DNA of 64,000 bases from Candidatus Obscuribacterales bacterium (lineage in GTDB: Bacteria; Cyanobacteriota; Vampirovibrionia; Obscuribacterales; Obscuribacteraceae). Numbering within the stretch: the stretch's first letter is position 1; every line of letters starts with the position of its first letter. The translations under genes and the position numbers were made by a program. The notes below the pieces were generated by a model. That model searched no databases, was not told where the DNA came from, and saw nothing but the letters and a program-made list of their open reading frames with translations. Of the stretch, positions 9,706-18,659 are shown piece by piece. The stretch is from NCBI GenBank assembly GCA_965228855.1, contig CBDDIJ010000002.1, forward strand, positions 2,048,001 to 2,112,000, in the 5' to 3' direction.

Positions 9706-10907
9706 GCCCAGTTAGTATGCTGATGTGGTTTTGCATATCAAAGTTTAGACTGATACTACTGCTGGTGGTCCTCGCTGGCTTGAATGGGGCTCCTGCACTT
9801 GCGCTGCCGTCTAACTTGCGAGTGAAACTGTTCGAAGCGCACGGTAGACTCGAGTCCGTGCATATTCGCGGTCCGCTCGATATCGTAGTACCAGGACAAA
9901 AGAGGATCTCTAAAGCTGAGTGGATAAGGGTCTCCTCAAGAAATGGGCAGATAGAGTTGTTTTCGTCTGGCAACTCGCATCATTCGTTTTTGTCCTGTCA
10001 AAAGTTGGTTGTACAACCGCTAGATCGTCGCGGAGTGCGAATTAAAGTCAATCGAGACAACATAGAAAGAGCCTATCTTGGCCGATTGAACTTCTCTGTC
10101 GGCGAAACGGCCAAACTTCCGTCACTGAAGATAGTCAACGAGCTGCCTACATTTGAATACGTGGCTTCTGTTGTTGGTTCCGAGTCGCCTGTTCGGAGTC
10201 CGCCAGAGGCAATGAAGGCGCTGGCTGTTTTAGTCATCGCTATTGTCGAACAGAAAGGCGAACGCAGCTTGGTTGGTGACTCGACCAAAGAGCAAGCTTA
10301 TAAAGGATGCGAGCACGCAACGCCATCAGTCTTCGCCGCTGTCAAAGCCGTGTACGGCAAGCGGCTTTTTTATAAGAATTCGCCTGTACAAGCATTTTTT
10401 CACTCTACCTGCGCCGGTGGCACTAGTCGAGGCGTCGACATCTTTGGTAAGAATGCCGGACCGCTTGTTTATCTGGAGTCGGTGCCGTGCGAGTACTGCA
10501 AGAACTCACCGTTCTGGGATTTGAAGGTTTCCTCGTTGCCGTTATCGACAATGAAGCAGGCGTTCGGGGGAAGACTGAGTGCCACTAAATACGATGCTCA
10601 AGATCGTCCAACACAAGTAGAGGTTCTGGACGGTAAGTCGGCCGGCAACGTGATGTCCGGTTACGAGGCGTGGCTCAGAATTGGTCGAACTTACGGCTGG
10701 GGAAAGGTGCCAGGGACTCGCTACCAATTTCGTGATAACAACGAGAAATTGGTGGATATCGAATCGTCAGGTGCTGGCCATGGCGTAGGTTATTGCCAAT
10801 GGGGAGGCGTGGGTATGGCAAAGCAAGGGAAGAAGTACGACGAGATTCTGAGGTTTTATTTTCCGAAGTGTAATCTTCGGACGATTGCGGTGAGGGCGCC
10901 TCGTTAA
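9702..10907 (+). CDS. SpoIID/LytB domain lytic transglycosylase-like protein
   Basis: Signal peptide, VNELPTFEYVASVVGSE (catalytic Glu position), EAMKALAV, EQAYKG, FHSTCAGGT, GHGVGYCQWG and YDEILRFYFP. GTGA overlap with the PBP stop. Confidence 0.9.
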   Translation: MSPVSMLMWFCISKFRLILLLVVLAGLNGAPALALPSNLRVKLFEAHGRLESVHIRGPLDIVVPGQKRISKAEWIRVSSRNGQIELFSSGNSHHSFLSCQKLVVQPLDRRGVRIKVNRDNIERAYLGRLNFSVGETAKLPSLKIVNELPTFEYVASVVGSESPVRSPPEAMKALAVLVIAIVEQKGERSLVGDSTKEQAYKGCEHATPSVFAAVKAVYGKRLFYKNSPVQAFFHSTCAGGTSRGVDIFGKNAGPLVYLESVPCEYCKNSPFWDLKVSSLPLSTMKQAFGGRLSATKYDAQDRPTQVEVLDGKSAGNVMSGYEAWLRIGRTYGWGKVPGTRYQFRDNNEKLVDIESSGAGHGVGYCQWGGVGMAKQGKKYDEILRFYFPKCNLRTIAVRAPR

Positions 10908-11275
10908 AGAAAAATCTCTGAAAATCTTTTGATGGTCTTTGGGTGCCGCCGTTTGGACGCCAAGAGAAGCTCTTTTGGTGATGTCGCTGTTAATAAGGGG
11001 TTCTCTTGCTTCTAAGAAAAACCTCTGAAAATCTTTAGCAACGCCAGGCGATGAAATATGACGATATCAGGCGAGCAATTGATGACTCTTACAAGTTATG
11101 CGTAGTGAGAATATCTTTCGACGAAAAACTATTCGTAGTAAGCATTTTATTCGTCCTAAGAATAATAATCGCGCGAAAATTATTCCAATTGCGACTGTTG
11201 CGCTGGGAAGATTCACATCGGCTCGATGTGACGCCACGACTATTTCGTCACTAAGAAAAAACTCTGAAAGTCTTT
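10907..11275 (+). repeat. Three dispersed 23-bp direct repeats AAGAAAAA-N-CTCTGAAA-R-TCTTT
   Basis: Copies at 10907..10929, 11014..11036 and 11253..11275 differ at only two positions. A partial inverted copy (AAAGATTTTTCG) lies at about 11296..11307. Confidence 0.85.
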
Positions 11276-11373
11276 TTCTAACTCTAGGAACCCCAAAAGA
11301 TTTTTCGAAAAAATTGAACTTTTAGCCTCCGTTTTCCGTATTTATAAGTAGAAGCAGTTTCACCACGAGGAGG

Positions 11374-12108
11374 GTGAGTTATATGAGCACAACCTCGAAA
11401 CTTACAACGGCGGAACAGATCGAAGATTTCATCTCGAAACATCCCGGCGAAGAACTGATCACGCGAAGGCAACTGATACCGTTTGGTTCGGCTGCGGTAG
11501 TCGACAGCATTATTTTCAAGCTCGTTCACAAAACAGGCTCATTAATCCGCATAGCCTGGGGCTGTTATCGAAAACGCGAACGCGTCACGGAAGTTACAGG
11601 AGCGGAGGTGGCGCGAGTCAAGGCTGCAGCTTTCGGACGCAGCGTTGTTTCGTCCCCGCGCACAGTGGCTTTTAACTTGGGTATTTCCCTTAGGCCGGCA
11701 GCACCATTTGAATTTCTGACCAGTGGTCGAAGCAGTTCTTTTAAATTTCAAAATCAAAGGATTGTTTTGACAGGAGCCAGTTCCCGCAAAATGTCGTTGG
11801 GTGAGAGTAAAATCGGGCAGACCATTCGAGCACTTTGGCAGCTAGGCAAGTCTATTGTCGATGAACACGTTATCGGAAAGGCAACCGAATCCTTTTCGAC
11901 CGATGAGAGAATCGAAATGAGCAAGCTATGTGCGTCTATGCCGGAGTGGCTCGGGCAATTCTTCTATCCCTGGAGACTCCTGGAGAAAGTTTCTAGACCG
12001 CAATTCCAATATCCTGACGATTTGGAGCAGCTATGGCTAAACGAAGCATCCGCTCTCTATTGTGTTAGTTCCGACCCTGGCGGAAGCCGTTTGTCTCTCA
12101 CTGGTTAG
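11374..12108 (+). CDS. DUF6088 / AbiEi-antitoxin-like winged-helix protein
   Basis: N-terminal LITRRQLIPFGSAAVVDSIIFKLV..GSLIRIAWGCY, then FLTSGRSSSF and IRALWQLGK...MPEWL. GAGGAGG RBS upstream. Confidence 0.75.
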   Translation: MSYMSTTSKLTTAEQIEDFISKHPGEELITRRQLIPFGSAAVVDSIIFKLVHKTGSLIRIAWGCYRKRERVTEVTGAEVARVKAAAFGRSVVSSPRTVAFNLGISLRPAAPFEFLTSGRSSSFKFQNQRIVLTGASSRKMSLGESKIGQTIRALWQLGKSIVDEHVIGKATESFSTDERIEMSKLCASMPEWLGQFFYPWRLLEKVSRPQFQYPDDLEQLWLNEASALYCVSSDPGGSRLSLTG

Positions 12109-12274
12109 GTCTGGAGATAGAGCAAACTTTGACTGTTCAGAAGAGCAAGATAGCGCTTCTCCCTGTCTCAAGCTTCGCTCCAGCATTAGGCGGCGTACTT
12201 CAGATTTACCCTCGTAGAGCGTACGCATTCGAATACTTCTAATGCTGGAGCATTCGCTATTTTTTTTCAAACAA

Positions 12275-13069
12275 TCATGAAGCCGCTTTTATGCCACCGG
12301 ACGCGATGGCGCTTGCCGACTGGCTAAAGAGTTGAAAACGTGAACGAATTGCTCGTGGATCTCGCTCGACGACGTCGATGCAATTTGCTGGAATTCCCAT
12401 TTCCGTTCCGATCTTTTTGAAATCTTCGTTGTCGAGTTGCAAGCCCATGAAGAAAATCTTGTGTTTTTCCATTGCGAGCATGTCCTTCACCACCTTTGCC
12501 ACATCTGCAGCAGTTGATCGTCCTTCATTATTGATGCCGTCGGTCATTAATAGGGTGACTGAACGCGTCTGGATTCCATATGTCTCCTCCCACCACTTTG
12601 TCCTTGCGATAACGCTTCCAAGCGTTTCCAGACAGCGGTCGTATAACGGTGTTCCCGAGCCTGCGATGAAACCCTTTCTCTCTAGTCGCGGCGCCGCCTT
12701 CAAATTGGACCAGCGGAATTGTTCTTCGCTTCCAGTGATGTGACGCGTATACAGCTTGCTGTGGTTCAACAGTATTGTCAGTGATTCGATCGAATTCACT
12801 GCTCGGGCACCGATTAGTGAATTCACGACGAGGTTGTGTCCCTCGATAACGGCATTATCGTTGTCGTTGAATTCCATCGATGGACTATTGTCTATCAGCA
12901 TGCATAGCTGAGTTTGTTCTGTCACAGTCGGTTTCACGACCGGAGCCGCCATTGTGCGGTTGATGCGTGTGGATAAACCGTTTAATAGGGCTGCTGAACC
13001 AGGCGAGATCTCGCCGGCATCGAGGGATTCTTGGAAAAGGTCGGATGCATCTGGTGTGTCTGAACTCAT
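12275..13069 (-). CDS. vWA (TerY-like) domain protein
   Basis: MIDAS motifs IDNSPSM (DxSxS), GTPLYD and LMTDG. RBS AAGGAG. Confidence 0.85.
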   Translation of the reverse strand: MSSDTPDASDLFQESLDAGEISPGSAALLNGLSTRINRTMAAPVVKPTVTEQTQLCMLIDNSPSMEFNDNDNAVIEGHNLVVNSLIGARAVNSIESLTILLNHSKLYTRHITGSEEQFRWSNLKAAPRLERKGFIAGSGTPLYDRCLETLGSVIARTKWWEETYGIQTRSVTLLMTDGINNEGRSTAADVAKVVKDMLAMEKHKIFFMGLQLDNEDFKKIGTEMGIPANCIDVVERDPRAIRSRFQLFSQSASAIASGGIKAAS

Positions 13070-13127
13070 AATATTCTCCTTCTGAATGAAATTTTGCCGA
13101 AAATCTTTTTGACCGAACTAATTCGAT

Positions 13128-14174
13128 TCACTCAAAGAGGTCGGGATTGATTCCCGGCCAATCCTGCATAGGCGTTTTCGAATTGACGACGTTCATTCCA
13201 GCCTTTTTGAAATCTGCAATTGCTTCCTGTCCTTGTTGTTCAAAACCGGGAACGGAAGAAGTGCAGTCTTCCAGGATGTACACGCGTTTGGCGAGCGCCG
13301 GATCCTGCGCTTTGATTTTCTTGAGGATGTCGTAGATGGCAGCTCGAACACAGTGCGACTCGGCTTCACCCGCAATTATTAGCGCTTCGTATTTAAGCAA
13401 ATCCTCGACTGCTTTATCCGATTCTTCACCAACGGTGACACCATCGTGCGCCTTCGTTATCTCCGTGCCGAACGGCGAATAGTATTCGCTCAGTGGCAAA
13501 TCGCCCTTCAAACGATACTGCGTTCTGCTCCAGCGAGCGATGTCGTGGAAGTCCACCGCCACTTGAAGCGAAGGGACAATTGCATGACCCGGACTGGCTA
13601 ATCTGCCGTGAACAGGCCACACCACCAGTGGTGGCTTGCCTAAACGAGCTAATTCCTCCGTGTAATGAATCACGTAGTTTTGCAACCAGGGCAGAAATTT
13701 CATGTCTCCAAAGAGAACGTATGCCATTTCCGGGTTGACGAAAATTGTTTTACCGACGTCTCCTGGAAGAACTACGGTGAAACCGTTTGGATGTTTTCCA
13801 TCGCCATCGGTCCAGAATAGCGGATGGAAAATCTGAAAGAGGTAGTGTGTATCCAGTGTCAGAATGATGTCGCTTATTACTCTCATGTTGCGGTAAATGA
13901 ATTCGCATATGTTCGAGGTATCAGACACCGATGCCGGAGCGATCGACAGCTCCCCATCGGCAAGGCAGAAAGTCTTCTGCTGGTCGATGATTGTGAGCGC
14001 AATCGAGTGCTTATCTTTTCTGCGCGGTTCAATTTTGTGAAGGGTTCTCCACTCTGCAGCATTCGCCATGATTTCCTGGTAGTTTGGTGTGAAGAAATCC
14101 GCCACTTTGTTTTTGTCGTACAGAGGTGGGAAAGGCAGTTCATAAGCAGGTTTGCTCTTCAGTACGTTACTCAT
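13128..14174 (-). CDS. Nicotinamidase-like cysteine hydrolase (isochorismatase family)
   Basis: IIDQQKTFC (catalytic Asp), LDTH and WPVH (metal ligands), LKG (Lys), AGEAESHCV (nucleophilic Cys) and LEDCTS. Confidence 0.85.
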   Translation of the reverse strand: MSNVLKSKPAYELPFPPLYDKNKVADFFTPNYQEIMANAAEWRTLHKIEPRRKDKHSIALTIIDQQKTFCLADGELSIAPASVSDTSNICEFIYRNMRVISDIILTLDTHYLFQIFHPLFWTDGDGKHPNGFTVVLPGDVGKTIFVNPEMAYVLFGDMKFLPWLQNYVIHYTEELARLGKPPLVVWPVHGRLASPGHAIVPSLQVAVDFHDIARWSRTQYRLKGDLPLSEYYSPFGTEITKAHDGVTVGEESDKAVEDLLKYEALIIAGEAESHCVRAAIYDILKKIKAQDPALAKRVYILEDCTSSVPGFEQQGQEAIADFKKAGMNVVNSKTPMQDWPGINPDLFE

Positions 14175-14248
14175 ATCGATCTCCTTTGGTCGTTCAAAAC
14201 CGAGCGCGTTGTGGTGCGCGCCGAAACTGCAATTTTCTGTTTAACTAA

Positions 14249-16105
14249 CTAACTAATACTCAGTAATCTGATTGATTTTGAGTTCCACGCGTACAACCCT
14301 CCATTCGTGAAAATCAAGTTGTCTCCTGCTTCCAATATTTGTTCTGGTCCCGTAAACTCTTGCGCGATCCGCAATGACATTACATCTGCTTCCACTTTCG
14401 CTATTCCGCTGTTAGTGGGCACCAACAGCGTTTCTATCATTCCTCCTCTTTGATCCGGTATTGCTGCCGCGCAACTTTGATGAAGTCCATCCATCCAACT
14501 GCCGTTGCCGTCCGGTATTTCGCAGGTTCCCAGGCAACTGCCGCAATCGTTAAAAGCGGTGACGCGATTGAAAACTTGTCCCTTTTCTTCGAAGGTTACG
14601 AGCAACCAGAGTTGTCTTTCCGTAAATCGGCAACTCACTTTCAATAACGTTCCGCGCATCGCGTCTACGTCGAGCAGCTTCCGGCCTATCGTTTCATCGT
14701 CGAACAAGAAAGCTCTTCTAAATTCACCGGCAAGGTAAAACCCAAATCCAAAACTGGGACCAGCCCAAATTCTCGTTTGTTCTTTTAGCACCTCGTCTAT
14801 GAAACTTTTTCTGCCATCTTTGATGCTAAAAAGTTGTCCATCCTCAATGATGTAGCAGGTCCGGTGACTGCAATCGAAAACCGGCTCCCTGTCTCTGAAC
14901 TGGTCTATTACAATTTGGTGGTGAGTGCTATCGTGTGCGAAATGCACTAAGCGTTTTCCTTTTCCGGCAAAGGTTGACGAGTTCTGAAGTGCGAACCGCA
15001 AGTCGCTATCGATTTTTCCTTTGAGAACGACTTGACCATTTTCTCGGATGAATTGCTCTTCGAGGTTGTAGAGATATCTTAGATTGGAGCCATCATGAGT
15101 GACGTTCAGTATTACGCCGTCCGTTGAGAAAACAACTTGAGACTTTCCGTTTGATGCTACTTTAGCCTTAGTGGTCCCTGATGCTGACTTTTTCGAAGGG
15201 CTCAAATTTAGAAGAAGAGGAAGTGGAAACGGTGTCCGCACGTCTTCTTGCAGCATAGCCTCGAAAAAAACAATCAGGTCCCGCGAGAGAATATCTTGAA
15301 TTCTTTTGCCTGCCAGTGGGTAGGATACGTCTTTGTTGAATACTGAAATTCGTTTGAGGGCGCGCTGATCAGGCGAGACTCTTTGCACAGGAAGTTTTGG
15401 TTTGTACACACCGCCGTAGGGATGTACGTTAAGCAGCGCCTCAAATAGCATCGTCGAGAATGAGTACCAGTCTGTCTCCTCTGAAAATCTTTCGCACAAT
15501 CCGATTTGACCATTTGTCAGCTGCAGTACGAGCGGATCCGCATACCTGTTCGTGAAAGTCTTACATGTATACGTTGAGAACTGCATGCTGTCGGTATCGA
15601 CGATGTATGCGTCTTTGCCGGATACTAAAACATTAAGGCTATTGAAGTCACCGATTATGACACCACTTGCGTGCAGAGCTGAAACGGAAGCATGCAAATC
15701 TGAGAACACATCTACAATTGTCGGTATGGAGATGTCTTTTGATTCCTGAAAATCGCGCTGCGAAAATTCGTGCATGCTATTTGCCCGAGTGATGTTCGCC
15801 ATGGTGTAGCCCACAACTCTTCGATCGGCTTGCTGATTCTTGTCGTAAACAAGCCTTAAAGGTGATACTACATGAGGTATCAGCAGCTTCGGGAACTGCT
15901 CCAGTTTGATTTGATGCTCTTGCAGTCTAATCCCGGCAGTCTGAGCGGATCGCAAATCTGACTTGAATTGCGGATGGCTGGGTTGTTTGAACAACTTCAA
16001 TACTTCCTGGTCATCGAGTTTGTAGACTTCAGCTTCGCCCCCTTCTCCGATCAAAGCTGACGGTTGAAGGCGGATTTTTTGATCTTCTATGTAAACAGCA
16101 AACAT
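14249..16105 (-). CDS. YegI/TerY-P-type Ser/Thr protein kinase with C-terminal beta-rich domain
   Basis: IGEGGEAEVY, VLKLF, IIGDFNSLNVLV, IVDTDS, ETDWYSF and VHPYGG. ATG at 16105 with a GAGGT RBS overlapping the PP2C stop. Confidence 0.88.
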   Translation of the reverse strand: MFAVYIEDQKIRLQPSALIGEGGEAEVYKLDDQEVLKLFKQPSHPQFKSDLRSAQTAGIRLQEHQIKLEQFPKLLIPHVVSPLRLVYDKNQQADRRVVGYTMANITRANSMHEFSQRDFQESKDISIPTIVDVFSDLHASVSALHASGVIIGDFNSLNVLVSGKDAYIVDTDSMQFSTYTCKTFTNRYADPLVLQLTNGQIGLCERFSEETDWYSFSTMLFEALLNVHPYGGVYKPKLPVQRVSPDQRALKRISVFNKDVSYPLAGKRIQDILSRDLIVFFEAMLQEDVRTPFPLPLLLNLSPSKKSASGTTKAKVASNGKSQVVFSTDGVILNVTHDGSNLRYLYNLEEQFIRENGQVVLKGKIDSDLRFALQNSSTFAGKGKRLVHFAHDSTHHQIVIDQFRDREPVFDCSHRTCYIIEDGQLFSIKDGRKSFIDEVLKEQTRIWAGPSFGFGFYLAGEFRRAFLFDDETIGRKLLDVDAMRGTLLKVSCRFTERQLWLLVTFEEKGQVFNRVTAFNDCGSCLGTCEIPDGNGSWMDGLHQSCAAAIPDQRGGMIETLLVPTNSGIAKVEADVMSLRIAQEFTGPEQILEAGDNLIFTNGGLYAWNSKSIRLLSIS

Positions 16106-16115
16106 CTTCGTTACC

Positions 16116-17009
16116 TCATCGCCGGCGTAACGCAATTACGGTTGTGTCGTCCGGAAGTAAACCTTGATGGCGTTCCATCCGCATTTCCAGAGAGTTGAAT
16201 GTAGTAACTTCGCTGTTTAGCTGGCGGAGCCACGGCGTTAACGAATGAGGGTTTTCTTCCGTAAAAAAATTGTCGTTAGTCCAGATTTGACTGATGTGTC
16301 CGACTAGCCGGTTTTTACCTGGAATTCTTCGCAGTTCTTTGTCCAGTAAATCTCTCAAACCATCAGTAGCGATCATCACGGTCTCGAGGTCTTCAGTTGG
16401 GATTACTTTGTGTACTTTGATCTTCAGGAAGTCACCTTCGCATCTAGAGTTTGTGAAGAGTGAATATGCAAGATAGGGCGGCGCATTTCCCGGATATGGA
16501 CCAATTTCCCGGAGCTCTCCATTGACTGCGTAGAGCCCGTCTCCCAGCGAAAAGACGACTGTTTTATGCACAGTCACGATGACGCCAACAGTCGTAAAAA
16601 GTAGATAGTCCTGGATGAAGTTTTTGAAGTCGCAGTTGCAATATTCATTGAAATCATGTCTGCAGGTGCCAACTTCCAGACTGCTGATTATTTTTCTAAG
16701 CTGCTTCAAGCAGCGCTTCTTCGTTTGCTCAAGCTGTTCCGAAATCGATTCTTCGGTTGCCACCATGGACAGTGCACCACGACTTGCCAACTCGAGCATC
16801 GCTCGACTTAGAAGTGCTCCACCGATTTTTGCGCCGATTTCCGAATGCCGTCCGCTACCGCAGCCATCGTGAACAAGTGCGATTATGCAATCTTCGAACC
16901 TCTGCACTTCGAAACTGTCTTGATTGTTGGTGCCTTTCAGCAGATTGCCATATCCAATATGAGATCTGCCAGGAATCGTACCAGCAGAGATTTGAAACCC
17001 GAGAGCCAT
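16116..17009 (-). CDS. PP2C-like protein phosphatase (YegK/TerY-P type)
   Basis: GRSH, NNQDS, HDGCGSG, SLGDG, IATDGL and PDDTT motifs. GGAGG RBS. Confidence 0.88.
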   Translation of the reverse strand: MALGFQISAGTIPGRSHIGYGNLLKGTNNQDSFEVQRFEDCIIALVHDGCGSGRHSEIGAKIGGALLSRAMLELASRGALSMVATEESISEQLEQTKKRCLKQLRKIISSLEVGTCRHDFNEYCNCDFKNFIQDYLLFTTVGVIVTVHKTVVFSLGDGLYAVNGELREIGPYPGNAPPYLAYSLFTNSRCEGDFLKIKVHKVIPTEDLETVMIATDGLRDLLDKELRRIPGKNRLVGHISQIWTNDNFFTEENPHSLTPWLRQLNSEVTTFNSLEMRMERHQGLLPDDTTVIALRRR

Positions 17010-17104
17010 TAGAACCTCCCGCGCCTGACTATAAAAAATCGCGCGCTCACGCAGGAAGAACTGTTGTTCGTCCGTGCAAATTATTTTGTTTTGATCTCGC
17101 CCAG

Positions 17105-17125
17105 TAAGCGTTATTTATACGATAA
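17105..17125. promoter_or_regulatory. Putative NrtR operator (21-bp imperfect palindrome with GT-N7-AC core)
   Basis: Minus strand reads TTATC-GT-ATAAATA-AC-GCTTA. It overlaps the predicted -10 box of an operon encoding a nicotinamidase. Confidence 0.7.
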
Positions 17126-17147
17126 CTCTCCGCCGGTTCTTTGTCAA
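17119..17147 (-). promoter_or_regulatory. Sigma70-type promoter of the PP2C-kinase-nicotinamidase-vWA operon
   Basis: Perfect -35 TTGACA (17147..17142), 17-bp spacer, -10 TATCGT (17124..17119). Confidence 0.7.
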
Positions 17148-17406
17148 GGATGGTAAGCCGAATCTGGACTGTCAAGCATTGTGCGGATTAGCGAACGCAA
17201 AATGTACGTTTAGTAGCGTTGCATCACTCGCGCGTTTCTGAAAAGGCGAGAGACTTCTTTGCCCTGCCCGCGCTCGTCCAAAGCGAGCAGTTTGTCTGGG
17301 TTCCAGCGTTAAATCCATACAAGCAGAAACGCCGAGTTCTGTAGTATCGTATGTTTATACACAGTCAGAAAACGGCGCTCTGAACCGCGCCGACGGAGAA
17401 TGCGAC

Positions 17407-18405
17407 ATGATAAAAGCACCGCCGCGAACCGTACCCTCTCACCTGGAACCGAGAGACTATTGTCGGCTTGCTGTCCAATACTACCTCATGGGCTGGACGC
17501 GGCAGGCTGTGAAATCCGGACGTCTTGCACTTCAGAGTAACCCGTCCGCTCACGGAAACTCGCCGCTGGGCGACTTAAGCGAAGAGGATTATGGTCGGTT
17601 CCGCCAGATGGTTCAGGGACTTGATACGAGTGTGTCAATTGGCGAGCAATTTTTCGGCGTTAGTAGAACAGTAAGCGATTTCATGCATGAGGGCGCCGAG
17701 GCAACTTCTGCTTTCGCGGATGAGCTCATCCGTGACAATAAGACTCTCAAGCTTTTGAAGTTTGGGTTGGAGGAGGCTGCTCGTCAGATTTCGACGGGGG
17801 CGCAGGATTTGTTTGAGCAGGCACTCGAGCAGGCTGTCAAAGTAGCGCAGCCCCCCAAGCCGGTTCCGGATGGTTTGACTTCGCAGGGTTACCTGGATCT
17901 TGCGAAACAGTATTTGCAATTCGGCTGGACAGAACAGGCTCGAGATAGTTTGCTCAAGGTTCGCGAAATGGAAGGTGAGCGCTTGAAAGGTGCTCTGGCT
18001 TGGACGTTGCTACGCACTCAGCTGCCGAAGGAACCGTTGCCGTTTCTGGCTGAAGAAGGTTTGGCTGAAGCTCGTCGTAAGTCTATGCGTGGCGCTGAAG
18101 AGGCTGCTATCGAAGTCTTGGAAGAGCTCATTCAGCGTTACCCGGATCTGGAGCTGCCTTATGTGGTGCTCTCGAATTACGAGTTGCGAAACGGTCGACT
18201 TGAAAAGGCGCGGTCGTTGCTGAATGCAGCCGCAAAACTCAACCCGAATTATTTGAATACTTGGCTTCAACTCGCCAAAGTTCATGCAATCGGTGGCGAC
18301 ATTCTCGAGTCGCAGCGTTGTTTGGATAGAGCAACGGATCTCGATCCCGACGATTTCGCGATTCCGCCTCTGCGTCAGCTAATATCGATCCTGTCCCGAC
18401 TCTAG
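17407..18405 (+). CDS. Tetratricopeptide repeat protein
   Basis: C-terminal TPRs (AAKLNPNY, RATDLDPDD). A VP-x-x-L-x4-Y...Y...GWTxQA motif occurs twice. Confidence 0.8.
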   Translation: MIKAPPRTVPSHLEPRDYCRLAVQYYLMGWTRQAVKSGRLALQSNPSAHGNSPLGDLSEEDYGRFRQMVQGLDTSVSIGEQFFGVSRTVSDFMHEGAEATSAFADELIRDNKTLKLLKFGLEEAARQISTGAQDLFEQALEQAVKVAQPPKPVPDGLTSQGYLDLAKQYLQFGWTEQARDSLLKVREMEGERLKGALAWTLLRTQLPKEPLPFLAEEGLAEARRKSMRGAEEAAIEVLEELIQRYPDLELPYVVLSNYELRNGRLEKARSLLNAAAKLNPNYLNTWLQLAKVHAIGGDILESQRCLDRATDLDPDDFAIPPLRQLISILSRL

Positions 18406-18659
18406 CCTGACGCGGTTGGGCTTACGCAAGCTTCTGATGCAGATGCAATTCAGCCTTCATGGTCTTGTGAAAATGATCTGATAATGTGCCTGAACCCACT
18501 AAATTTGCGTATTTCCACCATTACGGTAGTATGAGACTAAAGTTATATTGGTTAATGGAAATCGATCACTGGGCAAGTCATAGCAAAGCGCCCTACGGGC
18601 TGTTGTCAATGCAAGGCTGCTGAAGTTTAAAACCCTGTTCCAAGAAGAGTTTCAAAGTT

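Noticed and set aside
10907..11275. 23-bp direct repeats as a CRISPR array
   Set aside because: Spacers are 84 and 216 bp, irregular and too long; there are only three copies and no cas genes.
11051..11325. Short ORFs in the AT-rich gap before DUF6088
   Set aside because: They overlap each other, show no motifs and run across the repeat region; likely spurious.
14241..14257. TAAC tandem repeat at the kinase stop
   Set aside because: Only about three 4-bp units giving stacked stop codons; too short to imply phase variation.
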